This document shows positions 51,218 to 64,000 of a DNA stretch of 64,000 nucleotides, in pieces. How positions within the stretch are numbered: the first letter of the stretch is position 1; each line of letters opens with the position of its first letter. This DNA comes from Octopus sinensis (taxonomy: Eukaryota), in the NCBI RefSeq assembly GCF_006345805.1, contig NC_042999.1:65720001-65784000 (forward strand). The letters are read 5' to 3'. The position numbers and the translations under genes are program-made. The notes under the pieces were generated by a model. That model was not told the origin of the DNA, did no database searches, and worked only from the letters and a program-made list of their open reading frames with translations.

Positions 51218-51643
51218 GGATCTTTTCGGTTTGAACGGCAGATTTTTCTAGCGTTGTCATATGAAAGTGTCAGCCATAATTATGACCCTAGTATTGATCT
51301 ATCTGTTTTAGGGTTAGGGTTAGAATTAGGGTTAGTTAGGGTTAGGGGTTGGGGGAAGGGTATCTTTTTTTCTTCAGAAATGTAAATAAACCCAATCTGT
51401 TTCTTAAACGAGGGACATATTCATACGACACAGAATGTTTTCACCTCAATAGACGTATTGATTGGTTGAAATTGCAGAAATTGAAGAAAAAACAACAAAT
51501 ATCTTACAAACTATAGAATTTTCTCAATAAAGCCAAGAGGATAAGTTGTTTTATAAACACATTCTACCAGTATACGAAGTTTAAAAGTGCTTAGTTACGT
51601 GGAAATTATTTTTAAAAAACTGCCGTTCAAACCGATAAGATCC
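51218..51643. mobile_element. MITE with GG-starting TIRs and 8-bp TSD (Merlin-like), copy 2
   Basis: Same TIRs and internal sequence as copy 1; TSD AGTGTTGG/AATGTTGG; TTAGGG tract 51308-51360. Confidence 0.8.
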
Positions 51644-53169
51644 AATGTTGGGTGACAGGGATGAAGGAATTTTGAATCAGATTGTGTTCGATGCAATATA
51701 TTTTCTGTCATGCAATCGTGGAGATTATACCAAACCTACTGAGAATAGATGGTGAACAGGAACAGAATAGAAATCAGATATACTCGTCTGCTTGCTTAAT
51801 TACTAGGACGTTGCGGATTCTCTCAAGGTAGTGTTCCAGGCTGCTTAATTTTCTTTGAACCATCATGTCTGGCAGGCATTTTAGTATGCTACAAAGACAT
51901 ATCAAGTAACTGTATTATTTCTGAGGAGGAGATTGAGCTGTGAATATGGAGCAGGAACTATCGTAGAAAACACGGCTTTCTGAAAACGCCTCATTTGAAA
52001 CCAGTATTGCAAAATATTGTACAAAGTTTTCATATCCCATAGAATATAGAAAATAATTTATTCGTTCGTTATTTTACCTTTTAAATTTTATTTATTCATA
52101 TTCAAATCATGTTTACGTAAAGTATTCTATCTGCAACATTGCTGGGTTATAATTACATTTCAAACAAAATATATAATGTAACACCATCGTTTAAAAAAAC
52201 ACCTCATCAAATACAAAGCAAAAATTTACGTATATTCAAATATTTAATACACAATTACAGACACTATAGGGAATTGGAAATATTTATTTTTGCATTGTTT
52301 CATTTTGAAATTTGCTTATAAGTTTACACTATTCGCTATTTATTTAATATACTATTTATTTAGTAACCGGCTTATAATATTTCTTTTTCCGTATGAATAC
52401 ATATATTCAAACCTTACACAGTTCAACATTCCTAGTCTGTGGCATTGTAAAGGTGAGGGATTAGCCAGTAGCTCTACGGTGTCAAGGTCTTTCTGGGGTC
52501 TACTATATTAGGCGTAATGTGCAGTATGGACGTATATTGCATTCTCCTGGTGCATCATTCTTCCTGTACTCAATGCTGAATACTCTTTTGTTTAACAGCT
52601 TGTTTCTTTGATGCGTCTAGTTAATTTATTTCACTTTTGTTTGAGTATTCTGGTTTTACCTCTTATTATTCTTTTTCCCCATGCTTTGTTTTATTTCCAA
52701 ATACCTGGTGCATTCTACATATTGTTGTATAGCCGTGCCAAATAATTGTTCATTCTAATTATTTAAAATTATATTAACCATCAAATTAATTCTAAAACGT
52801 ATCTAACACATTTATTTTAAATTTAATCACTCTAATTATTTTCATTATCCTTATTAACTCTAAATTATCTTAATTATCTTAATTATTTCAAATGATTTAA
52901 CAAGTTGTAAATACAGTAGAATTCATATGTAATTTCACGAAGCTGTCGCGGAAACAATCTATGAGTTATTTAAAGCTACACTGTCGATGTTGTTAACCAC
53001 TGACATTGTGCACGTCATATCTCTCCTGATTCTCCACTCCTTTACTTATTCCATAGTCTACACCTTGCACACAAGCACTGCCTCCTCGCATAACAATTCA
53101 ATTCACAGCTTGTTTTTTGTTCCCAAGATCCACATTTTATTCTCTCTCTCTCTTAATCTCTCTCATTCT

Positions 53170-53188
53170 GTCACTCTCTCATTTCCTA

Positions 53189-53220
<32 letters not shown>

Positions 53221-53292
53221 CCTATCTATCTACCTATCTATATGTATCTATCTATCTAACTACCTATGTATGTATGTATGTATGTATGTATG

Positions 53293-53334
<42 letters not shown>

Positions 53335-53335
53335 C

Positions 53336-53382
<47 letters not shown>

Positions 53383-53520
53383 CCTATCTACCTATCTATC
53401 TATCTACTTATCTATGTATCTATTTATCTACCTATCTATCTATCTACCTATGTATGTATGTATGTATGTATGTGTATATCTATCTATCTATCTATCTATC
53501 TATCTACCTACCTATCTATT
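53170..53520. repeat. (ATCT)n/(ATGT)n compound microsatellite
   Basis: Directly visible. Confidence 0.95.
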
Positions 53521-53707
53521 TAATTGGTTTCAGTTTGCTCAAAATCAACCACACTTTCTTCTACTTCGTGGCCATCGCAGTCTGTCCTGCCAGATGGTTT
53601 TCTTCCCTGTCTTCTTCATCCGTCTTATTTCCATCACTCTTCTGTCCCCTTTTCTCTCTCACTTTAAGCTGTTTCCAGTTTCTTTCTATTAGCGAGATAT
53701 ACATACA

Positions 53708-53800
<93 letters not shown>

Positions 53801-53867
53801 GTATATGTTGAGTTGAACTGGTTTCACCTCATGAGCTGTGGTCTTGCTAGGGCACCGCCATACAACA

Positions 53868-53906
<39 letters not shown>

Positions 53907-54009
53907 AGTATTATGTAGGTATTTATATATATGTGTGTGTGCGTGTGTGTGTGTTTGTGTGCGTGCGTGCACATAGATAACTTAGATTGGTTTCGGCCAA
54001 TATCGATCC

Positions 54010-54170
54010 AGGCCATGACTAACTCAATAGCACGATTGGCGTCTTTCGCAAGGCCATGGTCGGCCCGAGGCTATAGTAAAAGATGCTAGCCAAGGTGCCA
54101 CGCAGAGGAACTGAACCCAGAATCCATGCAGTTAGGAAGCAAGCTTCTTACCACACTGCCACACCTGCGC
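54010..54170 (-). mobile_element. SINE family B 5' part
   Basis: GGTCGGCCCGAGGCTATAGT…AAGGTGCCACGCAG…ACTGAACCC. Confidence 0.75.
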
Positions 54171-54789
54171 GAACTTGTTGTGCACAGAAGAAATGATTAC
54201 AACTGAAGGCATTTGAACATAGGTCTCTTTGCTTAGAGGTGACGTTCGCTAAAACAGAAGCAACCACATCGATAACAGCAACAACAAGAAAAAGAAAAAA
54301 ACAACAACAACAATCATTCCCATAAAAAATAAGAAAATCTTATCATAATTATAACAGCAGAGGCGATCATAATACATTTGAATCGTAATTAATGTGAAAA
54401 TGGCGTATTATAAAGTAATGTTATTGGGAATAAAATTGGAATTGATAATACAAAACAGTTGTTACATTTAAATAATATCTGATATCAAAAATAATATTCT
54501 AACAAACCAAAAAAAAAGGGAATAAAAATGAAATGGAATAATATGAAAAGGAAAATCGATATATTTTAATGTGTATTTTGGCACATAGATAATCTGAAAA
54601 GTATAGCATTACTTCTCCTTTCTTAAATATCATAAACGAGTACACACAGCTTAAATTGTTAAATATTTAAGAAAATGACGAGAACGTTCAAGATAATATA
54701 TTTTGATTAAATATTAAATATATCTCAGAACGAAAAATACACACGTCTACAAATGTACACGCGCACATAAACGTACAGACATATATATA

Positions 54790-54862
<73 letters not shown>

Positions 54863-54893
54863 TATTCTATATGTGTGTGTTTAGGTACGGACA

Positions 54894-54957
<64 letters not shown>

Positions 54958-55029
54958 TGTATGTGTATGAATATGCATGTAAATACATGAATATATATAT
55001 ATGCATACGTATAATACAAATATCACACC

Positions 55030-55130
<101 letters not shown>

Positions 55131-55669
55131 ACTTATGCATAGATATACGCATCCATGTTTTGGACGCCTATGGTGCAATATCGGTTTCTACAGTTCATTA
55201 TGACTCTCTGTCGTAATTTTTCTGTGGCATTCAGTATGATGAACATAATTACCCACCACTTGCAGACCCTGCTTAATAAGTGTCAAATATGCAGCCATTT
55301 ACTGTCAAACTTAAATAGAATGGATGAGGTTGTTATATATTATTTTCTCTACAACTCGTTCTAGATTAAACATCTTCATCTCCTTAATAGACAGGCTTTC
55401 TCTATGAGCTCCTAGGCATTTAACAACATCAACTTTAACTTCCTTAAAATTTACATCTTTTGCCTATATCACAGTGATTTATTCACATTTTCTATAGGTG
55501 AAGAATTTATAAAATAATAAATACATTCTCGTGAAATATTTTACAAAACAGCTTTTAAGCTAAGGTTTTACTTTTTTCTACAAGAATCTAAATTATTGTA
55601 ATATTTCAATTCCTTTTAAGAGATATTTAAATATGATCTTAGAAAATATGCTCTCATAGGTTGATCTTA

Positions 55670-56100
55670 TTCCAGGTTCACGTTATCAGAAAATCCACCG
55701 AAATTTACTGAATAATTTGGAGCAATGTTTAAAAGAAACGATACGTTTTTGGAAGTATTTCTAAAACAGTCTAAAACAGCACCATTTCTAAAACAGTCTT
55801 GGAAAAAACCTACAATCATTGAAATCTATGGACCTGGAAGCCAGACCACAGGTAGCTTACACCTGAATCTTCCTCAACGTTTGTGTGGCTTAGAAGAAGG
55901 AGTTGTAATTGCATAATACCGACAGTATTTCTTTTCACAGGAAACGCCAGATGATTTGTGAAAGAAATGAAGCTGGGTGGTGATTTTTTCGTACAATACA
56001 AAAACGCTCTAGCAGAGATGCTCTTCCGGGAAAGTTTCATAATTATCCTACCTTTTCTCTGGGATATAGCGTACCATACTAACCTATGGCACACTGTATT
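55670..56100 (-). mobile_element. Possible degenerate L1/Tx1-like 3' fragment
   Basis: Weak protein-like resemblance only (…KKSPPSF…RW…). Confidence 0.25.
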
Positions 56101-56797
56101 TTCTCTAGAATTGTTTCCTCTTCCACTGCGCTACTATAGTGGAGAAAACTCATACGGTGTCATGATGCACGTACGATGTGCATAAGTATTTTTCGGTTAT
56201 CTTAGATAAACAGCAAAAGATATTCTATTAGTACCATTCGTATTGATATTGGTCAAATTAAACCCACCCTTCAACATTTGAAACTACTCTTTTAAAATCA
56301 TAACATGATTTGGGCGGTGTTTGCATGTTCCACTTTCAAGCAAATCTTTATAGAAGCTACCGATAAAGAACATCGTGCATATTAGCACATTCTAGTCGTC
56401 GATGTACGGACTTAAAATGTCTAAAACGAAACGTCTTACGCGAAAAACAGTTACATTTTCAAACTCCATATTGTATTGATATTGAAACACAACAACCGCG
56501 TATCTACATGGATGATTTAGCATTAGAATTACATCTGTCTTTATTTTCAATTAGGTTTCTGCATTGTTGACGTTCTCATCTGTTTTGGGAATACGTTCAA
56601 CTTTTTTCTGCCACATCAATCATTTATAAATCTTCAAATATAACATCCAGCGTAACCTTTAAAACTGGTGTTTCTAGCACACACACACATACACACTCAC
56701 GCACAAACTCAAACAAACACGCACGCACGCGCACACACACACAGACACGCACACACATAATATATACATACATATATATATAATGATTTTAGGGAGT

Positions 56798-56846
<49 letters not shown>

Positions 56847-57445
56847 GTTCTCTCTCTCTCTCTCTCTGTATATATAATATATATATATATTATATATATA
56901 TATATATATATACATTGTACATTTAAACAACACACAAGGGGCATCCATCATGAGATTCCTTGCACCCTAGAGAGGACAGTTAAATTACAAATCACTATTA
57001 GGGATAAAATTTCGAAAGGGATGAAAAATAAGGACATTTACCATCTGTATTTATATGAATAATATATAACCTATTGACTAAATTTTTACACGGTAGGCCA
57101 CTGGTAATGGAAATTTCAAATATGTCTGATTACCCTTGACATTATTGATATATATATATATTATATATATATATAGATATATATATATATATTATATATA
57201 TATATATATATTCATAATATATTCTCCCTGAGTAATTAAATTATTTTTATTACTGAAAAGAACGAAACTGCAGCCTAAGAGGAACCGAGTTAGTAAACGT
57301 TTTTATCTTCATTTCACTAAATTATCAAGCTTCTGTGTTTCTAGTACATACTTCGCCTTTAATGTACTTATATATGAATAATATATGGCTTGTGCTAGAA
57401 ACACCAGCGATAATAATTAATTTTATTTTATCGCATTTTGAATTT

Positions 57446-57485
<40 letters not shown>

Positions 57486-57769
57486 ATTATATACACAAAG
57501 TATGGGTGTTTGAGTGACGGAATGATTAACAATTAGATAGGCTAGGTAAGTTTGTAACGGTTACTAGTGCTCCAATGTTATAGGCGAGGCGGTAGATATA
57601 GTGCCATAACAGATTTCCGATGCAGTGAATACATAATTGTTAAAGAGGACATTAAGCTAAGGCAAACATCACACATCGTATACAATACTCCTCCTGGAAA
57701 CAGCTGCACGTTTTTTAATTTTTTTTGCACTTATAATATTGTATACGATTGTTGTCTTCTTTACCTTTA

Positions 57770-57808
57770 ACAATTATATATATATCTATATATACCTATA
57801 TATATATA

Positions 57809-57843
<35 letters not shown>

Positions 57844-57866
57844 GTATATATATATATGTATATATA

Positions 57867-57897
<31 letters not shown>

Positions 57898-58027
57898 CAT
57901 ACATACATGTAAACAAGCACATACACAGACATATATATATACACAGATTCAAATACACACACACACGTATATATATATTATATATATTATATATACATAC
58001 ATGCATACACACATACACACACACACG

Positions 58028-58058
<31 letters not shown>

Positions 58059-58140
58059 CATATATACCTGTATGCATATATATCTAGATAGAGTTAGATA
58101 GACAGTCAGACAAGCAGACAGACAGACAGACAGATAAATT

Positions 58141-58174
<34 letters not shown>

Positions 58175-58496
58175 CAAATAGATAAGTAGGCAGATAGAGA
58201 AATACGTCCATTCGCTCGTACCTTCAAATAAACGCATACAGCTACCTTTACGTTTTACCTAATGAATATTTCATTGGGCTTTGTTTCTGCCGAGAAATTA
58301 CTGGAGTTCAATCACCACAAGGAGATAATCGATATTCCAGCAACTGTGTATTCCCAAGGAAGCATTCTTCTGAGGATTTACATCGTTAAGGAGCAGACAA
58401 TAGTGGAGGTGACCTTGGCATACACCACCGTGTCACACTATTCTCAATTATACACACACACTCGTACATACACCCCACCACTACACAAAAGAAATG

Positions 58497-58549
<53 letters not shown>

Positions 58550-58688
58550 GAAGCGATAAATATATAAAGATACATGAAAATATATGTATATATATATAAA
58601 GACACACACACACACATACATATATATAATGTATGTATATATATACATATATTATTATATATATGGTTATACACACATATATATTATC

Positions 58689-58719
<31 letters not shown>

Positions 58720-58816
58720 CGTATATATATATGCATACGTATATATATGCATATATATATATATACATATTTATATTTATCTGATTATATATATATGGTT
58801 GTATATATATATATGT

Positions 58817-58862
<46 letters not shown>

Positions 58863-58877
58863 ATATATATGTGTGTA

Positions 58878-58958
<81 letters not shown>

Positions 58959-59110
58959 CATGCAAACAAGCATGCGCAGCTATATATACATACAGATTCA
59001 GATTCTTATCTTCTCCGCTTCGTCACTTTATGTATTTACATAAGTGTGTGTGTCTGTGTGTATATTTGTGTGTGTGAGTGTGTGTGTATGTGTGTGCGTG
59101 CGCGTGTATA
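57770..59110. repeat. Long compound TA/CA/GATA microsatellite field
   Basis: Directly visible; interrupted by unique sequence at ~58200-58480. Confidence 0.9.
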
Positions 59111-61017
59111 TGTTTATATTTCCTTACCTTTATGCATACGTGTTTACGAATATACACATCACAAACACTTTCTCTTGCAGAACGAATATAATATGTCTTA
59201 TATAAATTATCTGAAATAATAACTGAAACTTCTGCTGGACATTATGTACATCTCTTAATTTTTTTCCCCCGCGTTTGTCTTTTGTTCGTTTATCAATGTA
59301 ACTTATTTTCCTGATAATTTTACATCAGATTCGACAGCCTAGAACGTATATAGACATTTATTTGATTTTAATCTCGTTATAGATTAAGCAGTGTCCATAT
59401 TCTATGAGGAATATGCATAATATAATTTGCCATACTTGCTTGAAATTGGCATCGTGTTATATCAGTCTAATCTTCAATTAAAACATTTCCAGAGAATAAT
59501 ATATAGATTAGTTGTCATTCAATGTCTCTCATAAAACTCATTGATTGCATTATATTCAACAGATACATTACTTCATGTTCTTAAAGTGCCAATTGTTATT
59601 CTATTTCCAGTTGTTGTTGTTGTTGTTGTTGTTGTTGCTGTTGTTACATATATTTAGAGGTGAATTTTGATTTTGATGTTGATAAGTTTTATATCACGAC
59701 TACATTTCAGAATTCATTGTTATAAGTGACAAAAACGTTGATTGAATCTTCGAGAAATGCCAAGAGAACACGTTGGTCGATCAGACTTTCTTTAATTTTT
59801 TATTCAACTTTGTTCAGATGAACAGTAATCCGAATTTTACGTATAGGCACAAATTCATAAATGTGTTTTGAAAAGAAATCGTTAATGGAATTTACGGGTG
59901 TACATTAATACTAAATGATTTTGTTGTTCTCTTATCGCAGATTTTAATCTAGCAGAACTCTGACCAAAGATATTCCAACCGTGACCAAAATCTCTTTATT
60001 CAGCCGTAGCGTGCATAGTATCACATTAATCAGTGAATATTTCGTTTAGCATTCTACATTAAAAGTTGAAGTTTGTTTTTAGCCAGTAACGTCAGCAGTC
60101 GAAAACCCCGAACTTGATAGCTTAATGTGTTTTTATAACAACTCGCGATACACCAAATGAGTCTCTGACGACGAAACATCAAAAACGATTACCAAGTCTT
60201 CGCGTTTCTATGATTTGTTTCAAATTTTGGCATGAAGCGCAGCAATTTCGGCGGTGAGGAGTAAGTGTATTAGATCGACTCCAGTTTGTAAGTGGTATTT
60301 ATTTTATCGACCCTGAAAGGATCAACGGCAAAGTGGATCGCGGCTGTATTTCAACTCAGAGGTATGATGTAACCTCATCAGCTGGTTCGCTTCGCCCTCA
60401 GTCTTCACAGGACGTACTCGTGTGTAACGATCTCCGGCTTTATGCAAGGAATATACTGAAATATCGAAGGATATAAAGTGTGTCTCTATGTTGTGGGTCA
60501 CGTGCTCCACAGTGACATTGCTGGATAACACGTTTGCTCATTGAAATTTGATACATGGACGTTTAGGAATCATCTGCAAATTCCACCATAACTCGAATTT
60601 TCGCATACATAAAGTGACAAACCCTTCAGTAATTTCACCCCGAGTTTTGCAACTCCTCAGCTACCATCAACATTATCCTTGAAACCATAGGAGAAAGCAA
60701 GTTACGAGTGGCTGGCAGACGAACAGTGATATAAAAGGGAGTATCCATCCATGAAATTACTTGTCAACTATTCCTCTTGAGAAGCAATACATATACCAAC
60801 CATTCAAAGACATCTCTTTGAAAAAGGATGTTTAAGAATTTTATAAGTAATGCTTCGGTTGTAACAGTTGTAAATGTAACTTCAATCCAGATTAACATTA
60901 ATCTAACACACATATGGTCGAAAGTATTTTTCACTGACCGCTTATTTTTTGAGACTTGTGTGTCGATGACTATATACATACATACATACATACATACATA
61001 CATACATACATACAGAC

Positions 61018-61061
<44 letters not shown>

Positions 61062-61129
61062 TATATAATATATATACATATTATATATGTGTGTGTATGT
61101 GTGTGTGTGTATGTATGTTCATGTCAGGT

Positions 61130-61440
61130 CACTTTCTAGTGCTACTGGTAACATGTAACCCAGTACAACCTGTTGCATGGTCGGGTCGTCGGCGACTAAA
61201 CCAGCAACCCCACCAAGGAATGAAAAACAAAACCCGTCAAAGGGCGGAGGAACTCTTGAGAGTCAACGGCCATCCAATAAATGTCTTAAGGCTGTACCAT
61301 GCGCGGGGACATAGAAATAATCGGACTGAATACCAGATCATGCGGTTAAACTATTGGGAATGAAGGACTCCTAGCCTTTGTTAGGGCATTCTTCTAGAAG
61401 GTAACTCAGGTAACTGGGATAACACTGACATAAAACCTGC
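61130..61440 (+). mobile_element. Possible RTE-like LINE 5' UTR fragment
   Basis: GC-richer segment with AAACCAGCAACC…CCCGTCAAAGGGCGGAGGAACTC, recalled from RTE 5' ends; no coding support. Confidence 0.3.
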
Positions 61441-61671
61441 AGCTCAGTGGTTACGGTTACCGATGATGTTGAATTGTTTTTTCTTTTCGGATTATGGCTG
61501 TTGTTGCTTAGTAAGTGGGATTGACTCAGTGCACAGCCTTTCCTCACTTAAAAAATATCTTATTGCACAGGCATTACGCGATAACAGCATGGATTAAGCT
61601 TCGTGCAATGGCCATACTCGATAACGAGGGGACAGCCACTATGTATGTATGTATGTATGTATGTATGTATG

Positions 61672-61705
<34 letters not shown>

Positions 61706-62518
61706 TGTATGTAGCGGTTTCGTAAAGTAAAATGGTAGAATAAGTACCGGAGTCACGAAATAAGTACTGGTATTGATTTGCTTGACTAAATTCTTTAGAG
61801 CATTGCCTCAAAATGACCACAGTGAGTAAGGAGAAGCAATCTAATGATAAAAAAATATATTTGCTATGTTTTGTATATTTATTGAGCTTCAAATCATCGT
61901 GTCTGATGCTAAGTATGTGCTTGGTAATATATGTGTGCTGTTTATAGATAACATCATGACTGAAACATCGTCGCCTCTGTTTTGTAATACCTATATATAT
62001 TTAGACATATAGATTTGTAGATAAAGATATAACTACGTACGAGATTTCATTCATTGATAAATGGAAAAACTGATATATAAAGAAGTCGACAAAAATATGC
62101 TTATGAACATGTGTGTATAAATGTGGGCCTAATGTAAATCTATCTAGCTATCTCTCTCTCTCTATATATATATATGGAGCACCGCTTTATATATATATGC
62201 ATATACATATATATATAAAGCGGTGCTCCATCGGTTACGACGTAGAGGGTGAGTACCAGTTGATGCGATCAGTGGAATAGCCTGCTCGTAAAATGAATGT
62301 GCAATTGGCTCAGTACTCCACAAACACGTTTACTCTTAATGTAGTTCTCGGAACGATTCAGTGCGACACAGAATGTGAGGAGGCTGGCCTTTTGAAATAG
62401 ATGTACTACACATTTTTAGCAGCTGAGTGGACTGGAGCAACGAAAAATAAAACGTCTTGCCCAAGGAATTGAACTCATGATCTTACGATCGTGTTCCGGA
62501 TAACCTTACTAACTAATA

Positions 62519-62578
<60 letters not shown>

Positions 62579-62709
62579 GTTTATACTCTTTTATTCTATG
62601 ACTTCCTTCAGTATCAGTATTTTTGACTACGGCCATGCTGGAGCACCGCTTTAATGTTTTCTTCGAACAAATCCACCTCACAGTTTATCATTTTAATATT
62701 TTAATGCTA

Positions 62710-62985
62710 GTATTTTTCTCTTGGGCTCTTCTGCCGAACCGCTAGGTTATGAGGTACGTAAACGCACCGACACCGTTTGTCAAACTGTGATGGGGGACAA
62801 ACACAGACATAAAGACACTCACACACACAGTCATATACATCTATATATGTACGACATGTTTCTTTCAGTTTCTGTCTAACTAATCCAATTTGGACTATAG
62901 TCATGACTATAGTAGAAGGTTTGCACAAGGTGCCACTCTGTGGGATGAACACAAAACCATGTTGGTGGAAAGTACACATAGATAG
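62710..62985 (-). mobile_element. SINE family B
   Basis: GCCGAACCGCTAGGTTA…AAGGTGCCAC matches family B. Confidence 0.7.
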
Positions 62986-62996
62986 GGGAAAGGTAA

Positions 62997-63037
<41 letters not shown>

Positions 63038-63681
63038 CATACATACAGAGAGAGATAGTGAGAGAGAGAAGGGAGGCAATTTTCCTCCGACGCTAAAATA
63101 GTCAGAAGTGTTATTTCTGTTTTTTTAAGATTGAATCTCGCAGAAAGAACTCAATAACCAGAAGGTGGTATTAAATTTTTCAGCAAACCATGTCATTTTT
63201 CTCTTCCAAAAAATAGGAATTCTTCTCTAGTGCATTTGAACAGTTCCCTCCTTCCAAATTATATACAGATGGCATTTGTCTACTGAAGGTATACTGGAAC
63301 ACAGTTGCCAAAAAATCCATCCTTTTGAATGGTACACAAAAATGTAATTTTGAAGCGGAAATTTTAGCGATAACAACAATACTAGCGTTTATGTAGTGTT
63401 TCAGAGCAAACTTGATGTCAGCACAGTCTCGTACTTCTTATATCCTGATGTTCATGTAACTAGCATAAAAATAATGTCGGTTAATGCTATATTTTAGAGG
63501 ATTTCATTCATCACAAATTCAAATTAAACTTATGTTGCTTCTTATCCTTAAGACGTAAATTTTAAATTACAGACCACTGTATACCCACAACTGCAGCATT
63601 GAAAATACATCGACGGAAGCTCAAAAGCAGTTTTCATTTTCTGCAGTTTACAATATAGATTATTAACAAGTTTATTTTGCA

Positions 63682-63760
63682 GCAGGGAGCAGGATAGAAG
63701 GAACAGGGAGCAAGAAACAGGGAGCAAGAAACAGGGAGCAAAGAGCAGGAAACAGGGGTC
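63682..63760. repeat. 14-bp purine-rich minisatellite (AACAGGGAGCAAGA)
   Basis: Two perfect and about three degenerate units. Confidence 0.8.
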
Positions 63761-64000
63761 AAAATCGATTAAGATTTTGTATTTTAACAATTCCAGAATG
63801 AGGTAAACTGAATGGGTCACACATCCAACAAGATATCGTGTCATTATTACTCACTTTTCAAATCGTTCTAGGCAGAAATCTAGCTGTTTGAGGAAATTTT
63901 TGCCTATTATTCTCCCAAGTTGGTGAAAATAAATACCAATCAGATAGTGGTGCCGTTATATTCAGTGATATTATCCACTGAAATGCGTTACTCAGTGCAT

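Noticed and set aside
60169-60185. CTGACGACGAAAC hammerhead-like string
   Set aside because: No helix II and no supporting helix I.

Overview
AT-rich, repeat-saturated animal genomic DNA (intronic or intergenic). The SINE families and microsatellite load resemble a coleoid cephalopod such as Octopus; this is from recollection, not a database search. No host protein-coding exon could be supported, and most ORF-track entries are microsatellite translations. The only long intact ORF (14419-16716, 765 aa) is a Penelope-like element (PLE), probably Neptune clade, with RT plus C-terminal GIY-YIG endonuclease, inserted between (TA)n tracts. Upstream it has a decayed ORF1 with a 46-aa tandem repeat that overlaps the RT frame at a correctly phased U-UUU-UUA slippery heptamer. 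Downstream it has five ATTGG-N12-TGACGTC modules with invariant spacing, then TATA, Inr, a Kozak ATG and a splice donor (candidate pseudo-LTR promoter). A second PLE family (five 3' fragments ending at TA microsatellites) carries a minimal hammerhead-like motif with a non-canonical U at core position 6 in all copies. Two further hammerhead-like cores lie at 45134 and 49268. The rest is three tRNA-derived SINE families, mariner/maT relics, R4/Dong-like, RTE and L1-like LINE fragments, a Helitron helicase fragment, two Merlin-like MITEs carrying TTAGGG repeats, a TTAA-flanked palindromic MITE, and many microsatellites. Repeat boundaries were read by eye and are approximate unless TIRs or TSDs are quoted.
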